Source: Strigamia acuminata
Lineage: Eukaryota
Assembly: GCA_949358305.1 (NCBI GenBank)
Contig: OX442314.1
Location: 17,608,001 to 17,672,000 of the forward strand
Direction of reading: 5' to 3'
DNA: 64,000 nt
Part shown: piece by piece, positions 1 through 11,801 of the stretch
Numbering within the stretch: the stretch's first letter is position 1
Layout of the letters: every line of letters begins with the position of its first letter
Notes under the pieces: generated by a model
Databases searched by the model: none
The model's input: only the letters and a program-made list of their open reading frames with translations
Told to the model about the DNA's origin: nothing
Program-made: the position numbers and the translations under genes

Positions 1-23
1 ATAATAAAGAAATGTTTTCTAAC

Positions 24-1470
24 CTCTGATCCAACTGCAACCTTGTTTTGACAAACCAAATTGGATTTGTAGCTGTGGAGGCAGCAAAGCCTTGTAATAA
101 ACAAACAAATTTAAATTAAAAAAAAATATATTATAAACAAAGATAAATATCATTTCGACACAACATTTTGATAAATCGGCACAAACGAACAAGTTGGAAC
201 TGGTTTGAGTGCTATTTTTAATGTCAAAAAACAAGACAGGATGTAAAGAGTTACACTGTTAACGATTTATGCCAATGGCACTAGACAAATAATAGATTTG
301 TTGGTATTACACGTGTTAATTATTGCAAAAATACGAAACCCATTTTGAGAAAAGTAATTTCGTTACGTAATCTTTGCTATTAACAGGAAAAATGTGCACG
401 AATATATTTTTAGAACTGGTTTACCTTACCTGCACATAATGCTGAACACATATGAACTAAAGGTGTGTCGGGTGAAAAACTCTCATTAAAAATCTTTTTT
501 GCTCTAGAGTACGTGCAAAAATAAATAGCCCTAAAAAGAAATGGGTATGAATTAATTTCGAGGAATAACAATACTTTTTACGAAATATTGATACCTGGAT
601 GGTGCAACTCCGACCAAATTGGGGCCGAGTCCTTTAAATAAGGCCCTGGGTCCTTCATTTTCAACGATATATCTAAATAAAGAATAAAAACAAATAAACA
701 AAATTTAGAAACCGTTTTCAAAGTTGCACTTGACTTATCAGTTATTTGTATCAGTAAAATGAGACAAATCTCATTAGATAGCACAACCGAAAGTAAATCA
801 ATGTGCAAAGTCGAAAACTCGTCATAACTTGTTTATCATTTCATGAACTTGTGTGGAATTTTAAAAAAATTAATTTTTTTAGTCAATTTCATGAGATAAT
901 ATCGCCAGAATAATTTTGACTAGGTATTTACTTGAGACAACCCCAGATGCTCATCCGAGGAGGAGGTTTCGAGGGTGTTGGCGATGACTGACTTAATTCG
1001 GCATCATAGATCAGCACTTCAGATGACCTCGGCGCAAAAGTACTAAATTCAACCAAAGACTGAGACGCGTGATTCGGATGAACATATACATTATGGAATG
1101 TGGCGACTGTGGACTGAAGACGAGTTTTCACCACCTCAAGTGGACATGTTGCTATTGCACCAGCAGTACCACCAGCACTGAAAAAATAAATAAATAATCG
1201 GTGAAATTAATAAAAATTAAAATTAAAAAAATTAACGAAAAAAATATCAAAATAATATTTTTTTTTATACAAATATTTTTAAACCGACTGCGCACAAACA
1301 TTATGTGCACGCATTTATTCTTCAACTAGCAATTTTCAGGGCTATAATTCACACGCCCTTGGGAGAGCCTATCGACCGATCGCAAATAGATAGTGTGTGT
1401 TTTGATAAAATACTTTTAAGAGTATTTACCCTCCTGCAATTAGATGAATAATTGTATCTCGTTGAGACAT
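24..1470 (-). CDS. SLC25A36: Mitochondrial pyrimidine nucleotide carrier SLC25A36/33 (Rim2) homologue; 5' part only, gene runs off the left edge
   Basis: Exons 1470-1430, 1177-932, 672-595, 530-430 and 90-24 with GT-AG introns give [36 protein letters not shown]...[25 protein letters not shown]...[14 protein letters not shown]. The carrier PxD/ExxKxR signature is present and the N-terminus closely resembles SLC25A36. Confidence 0.92.
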
Positions 1471-2709
1471 GCGAAGATCACTCGTTAGTTGCACCTCCAA
1501 CAATAATCGGGTTTAAGAATTGGTTGTATTAAGTTCACGATAACACGTAGAGCTAACAAAGTATGGAGGTTCTGTTGAGGATTGAAGAGGAACTCATTCA
1601 ACACTACCATTGCACGTGATACACGATGGGATTGGTTGCGAAGTAGTACCGTGACTCACGAGAGCGCCAACGATTGGTTGAAATTCAATGGAGTGAATGT
1701 GCACACGTGAAACTTGTTTACGACGTGCTGCCAGCAACTTAGGGACTGTGCTGCCAAACACGTTTGTTTTTAGCTGTTGGATCTATGACAAATCGAACGG
1801 TCAAAGGTTATTTAATACATCGCGTTCGCGATAAGAAATTTGATTATTTTAGAATCGAGACAAATTTCAAAAACAATATTTATGTGTATATAAATATCTG
1901 TGTTTTTAAAAAACAATTTTTTTATTGGCTGATCTAAATTTAGATTTGACCTGCAAATTTACTCTTGACTCCAATTTATATATATTTTTTTTACTTTAAA
2001 CGATTGCGCAATGCGCACAACTAATTTTAACATAACGTGAGAACAGTTTTATGATATGTATACCTTTGGAAAGTTTTTTCTTTGTATTTCTATGACTAGA
2101 TGACGGCCAGACAGCTATAAAAATGTTGTCAATGTAAAATAATAGAACGACTAACTTGTAAGTTTTGGCAAATATTTGTATTTTATTTCGTTTCCTTGTG
2201 AGTGTAGATTACATTGCAACATAACCAGAAATACTAAACCGAGAAAATGTGGAAATGCGAGTAAATAAACTAATAAACCAAGCCAAGGAAAGTTTTTTTT
2301 AAATCTTTGCTATTTTACGAAAAGGAAACGAGGTGTTTGGCCAGCGCTATTACTGCAGCAAAAAGTTTCGTTTCTATTTTAGCCAAAAGATGGCGCCACT
2401 GCATTTTGTCAATATCGCATTAGGCACTTAGAGCCGAACAATTCAATGCGAAAAAGCATTGTCTCGTTCGCTTAAATTGTTTAAGGAAAATGAAAGTGAA
2501 CTGTTTAAATAGTGAATGTGAAACGCTTCGAACTATTTTATTGAAAAATCTAAGGGATGATATCGATGAGAGTCCGATTTTGTGCTGCGCAGTGAAGCTG
2601 TCTAGGGGGCAGATGTGAGCTTATGCAGAACGATCACAGCTGCTGATAAGTTGGACCACTCCACGAGCACACTACTCTAACCGGCAGACCTCGGAGCGAA
2701 CACCGACTA

Positions 2710-3038
2710 CAGTCTGCGCACGGTATCTTGATGCTAAATTCGTACTGCGCATCCCATTCTGCGCAGACAATTTTCTAATTCCAATTGTTATATGTCAGTA
2801 TTAAGCCTAATATTAGGCCTAATAATGCGAAAATAAGGTAAAAAAACAACAATATTTTGGTACTACGTTGTAAATTACTTTTAATTATGAGTTTATTGTT
2901 TTTTATTTACTTTATTTTAGAATTATTAGGCCTAATATTAGGCTTAATACTGCTAAATAACAACTGGAATTAGAAAATTGTCTGCGCAGAATGGGATGCG
3001 CAGTACGAATTTAGCATCAAGATACCTTGCACAGACTA
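2710..3038. mobile_element. MITE (Tc1/mariner-like) with ~115-bp terminal inverted repeats
   Basis: 2710-~2826 (CAGTCTGCGCACGGTATCTTGATGCTAAATTCGTACTGCGC...) is the near-perfect reverse complement of ~2922-3038. The element is flanked by TA at 2708-2709 and 3039-3040, starts with CAGT and has an AT-rich non-coding core. Confidence 0.85.
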
Positions 3039-5296
3039 TAGTGACGCCCGCACTGAAATATCATTCATTATTGCTGGTCATGATGGGTGCCCTGAAATAC
3101 ACATTTTTCTACTCGTCGGCTTACAAATTGCAGGTATTTTTTTTAATTATCATATATTCTTTTAAATTATTGTAAATTTTAAAAATAATACGGGGTTTAT
3201 CTGTATTTTATGTTTTTAAAATATTTTTTTTTACAATTTTTTTTTGTGTGCCAATTTTGGCAAGAAATTGGCGATGAATTATTGGTTGCTGTCGTTTTTC
3301 CTGTCATGCAAATTTTTCGGAGGCGAAGTAACGTAAAGTTGGCTGTTTGCCACGATTTATTTTATTTCACTTTACCTTTGAGATCAAATGTCTAATGTGG
3401 AATTTGTTACAACGCTTGTTTACTAACAAGTGAGACGGCATTACAAAACAAAAACAAAAGTTTTTATTTGTATTTTATAAAAATAGGTTAATTCTGTGAA
3501 ATGTTTGCAAAAGAAAATAATCATTATCATTGGCTGCTATTTTTAGAATAGCTGCAGTCGTTTAATAAATAATGAAATTTCCTCAAACATTTTTTAACCG
3601 AATATTTAAAATTCATAATTGACTCCCAGTTATTTTTGAATTTTAAGAGTTCTTAAAAGTTATCTTATTTTTATTTTTTTATTATTTTTTTACACTCCTT
3701 GAAATCGCTTCTTAAGTAAACGTTAGATTATAAATATATTTTGAGCAACATTAAATAAAAGCATTACTGTGTTTCTACTTTAAAAAATTACTTTCCTTGT
3801 TGTCATTCAATCTGTTCGGTGCGTTTTTTTTCTCTCTTTATAACTTTTTTCTCGCTTCGAATCAAAAAACGTGTAGCCGATGACAAAAAAAATATTAAAG
3901 CGGACTAAAGTTAGAGGAATTGAAGGCCCCATTAAAACAATACCGTAATGTGAAATGCAATTACAAATTAGGCTATAAAAATAAATGAAGAAAAGATTGT
4001 GGTGGTAGTAAATCTAAAAATAATGGTAAATATTGAAAGAAAAAAATCTAAGTAAATGTAATTTAAAGCCGGAGAAACCAGAGAAAGGCAATCAAACTCG
4101 TGTTTTTGTCTTCGCTTTTACTGCATTAATTATCTAAAGCGCCTAGCAAGAGCTGAAAATTACATTCTTTTCATTATCTTTTACTCAACTAATTCGCTTC
4201 AACTTTGCGGACCAATTGCAAAATGACCTCTGTCTATCAAAATATATCTCTGCCTCCGCTATTGATTTCCGCAGCATTTACCGACACTTTTTCTTCCTTT
4301 CATCCTTCAGGCATCTTGCACCTGCTAGCTCGTTTATGTCTGTTGAAACTGTGAAATAATTCATTACACAGCTTCCATTTCCCAGATATCTTGAGTGAAA
4401 ATTTAATTAACTTGCTCTTAAGTTTAGTTTAACGGAAATACAGTTCATGGACCCCCGGAAAAATGATTGAGTGGCAGGTAAATTAACCATGGATTTAACA
4501 GGGGCAGCAACGCATTTAGCAATTTGCGTTGTTTATGCCTTATTTCGAGGTGATAATTGACATTTCTAATGCTGATAAAGTAGTTAAAGTAATCTCCGCG
4601 TGATATTTAAAGTTTGTTGCTATACAAGTAGCGAAATTTACGCTGAGATGGAGTGCAGGGTTCTTGTACACGTCTTTCGAATATTGATCTCTGGAGTCTC
4701 TTACCCCGTTCGAATCGCATTATAGTCTATAGGAGTGAGTTGAAAACTGTTTTATCCCAGCGCGCACTTTTTTTTACAGATTCTACCAGGTATGGAGACT
4801 GTTAGATTAACTCTTGAGTCAAGAATCAAGGTTGAAATAGCAAATAGAAAAGAAAAAAAAACCGTTTTTTGTATGATAAATGAACATTTTGCTTATCAGC
4901 TTTATACGTGATGGAATTCTTGCATTTTATGCGTCTGGATTTTCCCTGCAACAAATGATACTGTAGAAAAATAAAATTGCCTATTTTGTCAATATTTATA
5001 AGTAAACTGTAAAATTTTCGGTTTATATTACGGGACCGGCTGTTTCCTGCTCTCTCGTTTATGTGATCAAATAAATTGGACCTGAAATGAGAAAATTTGA
5101 GCTCGGGAGAAACTATACAAGCAAATTAGCTTATTCCAAAGCGTCGTAGCTAATTGGTTGCAGCTTAACAAATACAGTACATATTCATTTCAGCTCGCTT
5201 TTCTATTGTTTAATAAAATAAAAAATTTATCTTTTGTTTAATTTCTATTTTCAGATGATATCATAAATTCAACGTCAATCTTGAGACACAATTATC

Positions 5297-8200
5297 ATGG
5301 CAACCAAAAAAGTTCTCCAAGCTATACTTAAATATATCAACCGCCATAAGGCGCCGCTGTGTTACTTCATTGTCCTATGGGGATTAGGCACATTTATTTC
5401 AAGTAAGTCAATTTCCATTTCCTTTCCAGTACATTTTATGGGGGGAGCTTTAAAAACAAAAGGAAAAAATCGAGTTCGTATTTTTCAAACATGTAAATTT
5501 CACATCTCACATTTTGTAGTCAAAGATGTTACCCCCGAGTCGAGTTGTATTTCATTTTTTGAGACCACAATTTCTCATAGTTATCATAGAGAAAGAGAGC
5601 GGGAGTGAGCCAACAGATTTTGTTGCACACTTTCCTGTTTCTGCTGCCGTGCCATTTGTATACAGTAGCATAGGGGGGCACAAAGGACGCGATGGATGGA
5701 ATGGAATGGAAGGGTGGATCTTGAGTAATATCTTACCCAATAGACGAGCCAGATGGCGCCTCCTCCATAGAAAATCTGCTTCCCATGCCACTCTTTAGGG
5801 AAAACGTTAAATTTGCTGCCTGTGGTCTGAAATGCTCGGCAACATTGCACCACATCTTTGAATGATGAACATTAGAGACAGGTTGAAACCCGAGACTATT
5901 TGCCGTCACATTTTAATGACCGAATCAAGTATTTTGTGGATTTTCGCGTCGTTTGCTTTCTCATTATTTACTCGACTACGCTTAATTTTAGCAGCTAAAA
6001 TTATCCACATAGAAGTTGTGAGGTCATGAAAAGATTTTGTTTGCTCGATCGGCTGAAAGTAGTATTAAAAAAAGCAATTTCCAAATTTATGCCTGCTTTA
6101 AAGTGCTGGTTTATAGCCGGTGATGTTTAGATTAGTTTTAAGAAAAAGAATTAAAACAGGTTCCTGATTATCTTTCCAAAATGGGGTGGAACTCATTATC
6201 CTCTTGAAAGAATTACCTCGTCACACGAATTCGTAATTTATCGGATTTTGTTTTCGACTTTAAAGCTAAACATTTAACATATCATTTGAATTGATACGAC
6301 GTTAGAGGGCAGAGAGAAAGCGTATGGAATAATGTAATACGCCTTTTTCTTTTATCGTCTTTTCACGTGCTGAGTAAAACGACGGCATGCTCTGTTTATT
6401 GGAGATTCTTAGATCAATTTCGAAATGTCAGACCGAGATTGGATCTTTGTCAGTTTTGATGATCAATTGAAGGCATTCTCTTTTCATCCGTGTAATAACT
6501 ACGGTACCGTTAAAATAAAGTTCTATCGAATTTCTTCCATCAGAAGCAGCTAGGGGGATGAGATATCCATTCCATTTCTTCTATAGCCAGCACTAAAGCT
6601 AATAAATTCTTTCGGGTTGGCTATCGTTAATGGACGCAATTAAATGCCTCTTGATACAGTTGAGTTTGCAGAATTCTGTCTTAGATCTTTAAGAATCACT
6701 TGAATAATGGAATTGTAATTAGTTTTCTAGGTTGGAAGTGGGTAAATAATGTATAAATGTTTACACAGGGTGGTGTGCTTAAATATTCTAATGTTGCGTT
6801 TAGTATAAATTATTTAACTAATGGTGGTTTTATGCGCAGTGCAGTGTACAGAATGCGACATTCAAAATTTAGTTTTAAAATTCTAATTTCTTCCCTACTT
6901 TAAACAGAACTTAATTTAATCAATTTCTTTTGTTAATATTGCTCTTTTGATTATATTTTTCCAAATAAAAATTCATGCAATGATGTTTGAAATTTTTTTT
7001 TTCATTTTATTTAAATGATATTTCACATAATGGGGTAATGTTGAATAGTGACAGCATTTTATTAAAAACGCGTTTATTAGTTGCCAAAAATATAATATTA
7101 AAAGGAATTAATTTGCAATAAAATTTTGGCACTTGTGCAAGATCAGACAAAAGTTCAGAGAGGAAAGAAGAAAATGAAATAAAAGTGAGAGCAAACGGTG
7201 CCTCGCTTCGTGTAAGCGATTTAGAAATGCACAAATGGTACGAGCAGTAGCTAAAGAAGACGGATATGGCAGGAATGGTGCAACCGAGGTTGCTGATGTG
7301 ACTGTACCTCGTCCAGCCAGTCACGAGATGGAATTCGGAAATTACGCGAAATTGGCAAACGGATTTTATGATTTCAATTCCATCTTTAGGGGATTTATTT
7401 TTTTTAATTTTAAAATAAATCATAGTTTTATACTGTCCACTTAAAATAAATTGTTTTTTGGGGTCATAAAAATAAAGTGCAATGTTACATCTTGCAGCGC
7501 TTCTATCCAATTGGACCAAAGATTACATTCCTCAGTATCCAGAAATCCGTCCTGTTGCAGCTAGATATCATCAATTAACTTCAGCTGTCAATTATCAGAA
7601 AAAAACCAGACCTATCAAATATTGCGCCTTACCGAATTCAATTCTCCTAGGACAAGAAGGTATATATAATTAGTAGCAATTTTTAGGCAACTGCTGGATA
7701 TTGTTGGCAATTTTCTACGAAAATTCAAATTGACTATGTGGTATTGTGTTTTGCAATTTTTTTTTTTATTTAAAAACAGTTTTTATACGTTTAAATTAAT
7801 TTTTTGCCAACAATGTTCGGCAGCAAAGCTCACAAATCTTAAAATCTTATTTTATTTGGTCTAAAAAGAAATTCGCTTTACATTTTTATTTGCTGAGAAC
7901 GACAAATGGCATAAATGTGTGGCATACTGCTCAAAAGAAACGGGAAAATTCATTTACTGTGGTGCATTCTATAACAAAAACATTTCCTGTTTGCACCTTT
8001 TCCAATCCCAAGTCGGAAATTTTTGGAAAAACTGGGAGAAATTAACAATGCAGAGATTTTATCTTCTGACAGTCGTGTAAAAATATGGAATTTTTTCCTC
8101 TTCTCGATTTTTTCTTATTGATCGTGTGACCGTCCGCTGGACAGCGGTCACTGCCCTATCAATATCACAGATTCGGGAAATACACAGATGCGACAACTCG

Positions 8201-11007
8201 CAACTTGGACAACAGCAGCGTGCCAAGCGGGCGAGTTGTAAAACATAGGAACACGCTCACGACGAATTTTTATTGACCGACGGAGGTTGGTTTGTTGCCA
8301 GATTTGCCGCCAACAGATCCTAACTCCGTTCAAGTGAAATCCTATTGAAAATCTTAATTTCCATAATCGAAAATGGTTTATTCTTTTAGTTCAAGCAATT
8401 ACAACTCTTGTTTCAATAAAAAAAAATGTTTTGTTTACTTGCAAAGAGTGATTTTTTTAGTAATTTTATGATTCTATCGATTGACCCTCATAATTGTAGT
8501 TTGCAAGGGATCTAACTACGTTTACTGTCGGACAATAAAGAGTCATAAAATTGCTATAGTAAAAACTCTTTGCAAGTAAACAAAACGTGTTCCGATGTTT
8601 TACAACTCGCCCTCTTGGCACGCTGTTTATCTCCAATCACGGTGAAATCCTTTGTTCTTACCGGAGTTCTCGCATCTGTGTATTTCACCCAGCGGGTACG
8701 ACATTCAACCGAATCTCTGACATGAGCTTTCGAATCCCGAATCCCGAATCTTTACATTTTATAAAAATTTTGAATTTTTTTGTCGAAAATTGGACAAAAG
8801 CTAAAATATTTGCGACTTTTTTATCAAAATAATCATCAATCTTTCCGAAAAGATTCGAATCTCTGACACGCAGATTCTGGTTGTCACACCCCCTGATTTC
8901 CCCTAATCTGTGACGGTCCTAGGCGGAGCTGTGGTCCCGGAAGTGATCATTGGACCAATGGGACAAAGGGATGGCAACAGGAAGTGGCGCAACAAGGTGC
9001 TACCGGTCAGTCTATGATGCCGGTCAGCGCCAGTCGTGATAGCACGAGGCAGAAAATAGTCAACCCACAGTATACTGTGAGTCAACCCACGATATCGCTG
9101 ACCATGCGGTCGCCGAGCACACATGATCAGCACTCAGCAGTTGGTTTAGGTTGGGCTGTAGCAATACCAGACATTGGGAAATGCACTTTGGATCATTGAC
9201 CCCTACTCAAACCGAATAAAGGCCGTAATAAACCTCAATCCAGTGAGTCTTATTGTCATTTTCTTATCGTGTTGTGTGCGTCCAGCGCCGTGTGGTACTC
9301 CCGTAACCATGCACGACAGCTACACCACTTCCGTAGTTATTCCCTTTCTTTCATGCTTTATTCAGGGTTATTGAACCGTATAAAATAAACTGTGTGAAGA
9401 ACTGGTGCAGTGCATTAATCATACATCAGCACCGAACAGATGAAGCCTCAGCTTAGAAAAAACAAACACCCTGGGAACTTATAGGGGGAAAATGACGCTG
9501 TAAATGCGTAGATAAACAAAAACTGCGCTTCAAACACATTTTTGAATTGCCGATTTTAGTGTGTTTAAGAAGCAATGCTAGCCTTTAATGTTTTACAATT
9601 CTAAACATGTAGCTTTAAATGTTAAATATGCATTGCCGTCCAGTTGTTGTTCTCGGCAGATTTGAAAGCAGAGAGCTGCGTGAAATTTAATTGAAATTTT
9701 TTCTAATAGGCAGAGGTCGCAAGGGTGATTTTCTCGAAGGCGTGGTCATCATCACAAGACACGGTGACCGCGGTTCTTTACGTCGTCTGCTCAACCAATC
9801 TTTAGTGAGTTGCTCGGTCAATTTTTCTTCACATTCTGACCTAACCCAGTACGTGAAATTTATGAGAAATAAAGAGAGCGAGCGAGCCAAAAATGACCCT
9901 TTTCGTCATTTTCATCCACTACCAATACTGAGCGGGCAATGCATTTCGGGTCAACTATCAAGTCAGGGAATAATACAAATGCTGCGCTTGGGTAAATTAT
10001 TGCACCAGGTTTATTTGAAGCAGCACTATTTAGTTAATGAAACAACAGCTTTACAGGACGTAGTGGTTTTCTGTAGCAATGTACCTAGAACATACCAAAG
10101 TGTATTGGCGTTTCTGTATACCTTTTTGCCTTCTTATCCCAGCTGGAATAGTGTTAAGATGGGTTCGGGATTGACTTTTTGTCACTCACGCAAATTCTGC
10201 GATTGTCCAGTTATTGACAAAATAGATCAACTCATTCGGAAAGAAAAATGGACCCATTTGAAGTCGCATCCAGCTGTTTATGACTTAATTCAATCTTTGA
10301 ATCCTTTGTACGGGCCTGTGAGTGACCAGGATGGGGGACAACCCGACAGTCTGTTCGATTCCTTAATGGTGTACTTATGTCACCAACAGAAAATGCCTTG
10401 CGATAAAAATGGATTTTGTGCTTCTGTCGATCAATTGAATAATTTAATGGCGTTTTTGGATTGGAGTGGAAGACAAACTGCGAATCACGGCTTATTTAGG
10501 CGAGCATCAAAGCTAAAAACTCACGGCTTGTTTGTAGATATTGTACATAGATTAATCAATATAAAATCGAAAAATTTGAGCAAAAAGAAATCAATTCCGA
10601 GAATTGCTATTTATTCTGCCCACGATCTCACCTTAATTGCTATCATGTCAGCTTTAGGGTTTTACGACGGGTCGAAAATTCCATACGCTTCTAGACTTAT
10701 TTTTGAACTGTACAAAGCGTTCGATACCAAGCAGTTTTATGTTAAGATAATATATAACGGCAGAGATGTGACCAAAAGGACACCGCTCTGCGCGCATCCT
10801 AGAGTCGAGACTAATAACGCCACTAAAACGGATTTTATTTGCCCTTTAAATAATTTGGAATTGTACATTAGCAAAAATTTCTATAGAGAGCTCAATGTGA
10901 CAAGTTTCCAACAGGCTTGTTCTAATCTTCCTTCCTCATCAAATAAAAGGCTCAAGTCTCTTCGTTATGTGCGATCAAAATCATTAAATTCAGCTAAGAG
11001 TTTCTGA
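5297..11007 (+). CDS. PXYLP1: 2-phosphoxylose phosphatase 1 (ACPL2), histidine acid phosphatase
   Basis: Exons 5297-5402 (type II signal anchor), ~7498-7659 (YCALPNSILLGQEG) and 9710-11007, joined by compatible phase-1 introns. RHGDR and HD (SAHDLT) motifs are present, plus PYASRLIFELY. Confidence 0.85.
8163..8724. mobile_element. Decayed fold-back/MITE-like element in PXYLP1 intron 2
   Basis: 8218-8255 is the reverse complement of 8586-8623 (2 mismatches in 38 nt). 8177-8193 is the perfect reverse complement of 8670-8686. The terminal CGAATCTCTGACA-like block also matches, with insertions in the right arm. Confidence 0.65.
8909..9438. mobile_element. Possible solo LTR or other TE remnant
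   Basis: A ~530-bp, relatively GC-rich island bounded by TGT...ACA with internal AATAAA signals. No clean target-site duplication was found. Confidence 0.25.
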
Positions 11008-11801
11008 AGAAGAAAGAGAGAAAAAAATCTTCTTACATAAAAAGATTAGAAAAGTTTTATTAAAATTACATCGAGCGTAAAACGTACATTAACGTGTCTT
11101 TTAAGGCCAAAATAATTGTCATTTCGTTTTGCTCTGCTTGTTTTCAATGCATTTATTTTTTAAATATACAAACATGATTTATCGCATGAGGTTCTAAAAG
11201 TCCTGGATCAATACAGATATGTCTACATTAAATATAACGATGATGCTATGAAGGTCACGTTGAAGTTATGCTAGCGCAAAATTTGTCTAAAACCAAAATA
11301 TTGTATTTAATCTGTAACAAATGACATGGTTTTACCTCTTCCCGGCCATTTAGCTTGTAAAGAACGCGGCTAAATTAATTTTTAATAATACGGTAATAAT
11401 TAAAAGAATTTAATTTGAAGAAATGATTTTTAGGCTAAAAAATACAGCCAGGATTGAAATTATTTTATTACAAAGTCGTTACGCATTAAATTGTTTATTA
11501 TCAATTTCAATTATGTGTTTAATACATAATTATCTAGTTTATTTTTTACTATTACGTAGAAGCACGGTTTCTACAGTTATTGCGTTAAAAGTGTTCAAAA
11601 CTTTAATGTAAATAAAAATATAGATCGGTTTCCTTTTCTGTTTTGTGCTTGTTTTGTTAAGAAAAAAAAATCTAAATTCTGCGCACGATAGTTGACACAA
11701 GAAGTCTTGCACAGAAGTTTACATTACAATCGCAAGGGGGTGCTTTTTGGGGACTGAAATCAAAATCCACGTGATCAATAAATCAGTTTCTGCTGAATGA
11801 C

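Noticed and set aside
2978..3175. 65-aa ORF
   Set aside because: It starts inside the MITE right TIR and has no recognisable protein features.
5526..5853. Several overlapping short ORFs on both strands
   Set aside because: They lie in PXYLP1 intron 1 with no motifs or consistent splice structure.
7007..7519. 170-aa minus-strand ORF and overlapping 69-aa plus-strand ORF
   Set aside because: Composition is intron-like (F/I/K/S rich) with no domain signature, and neither ORF fits the PXYLP1 splice phases.
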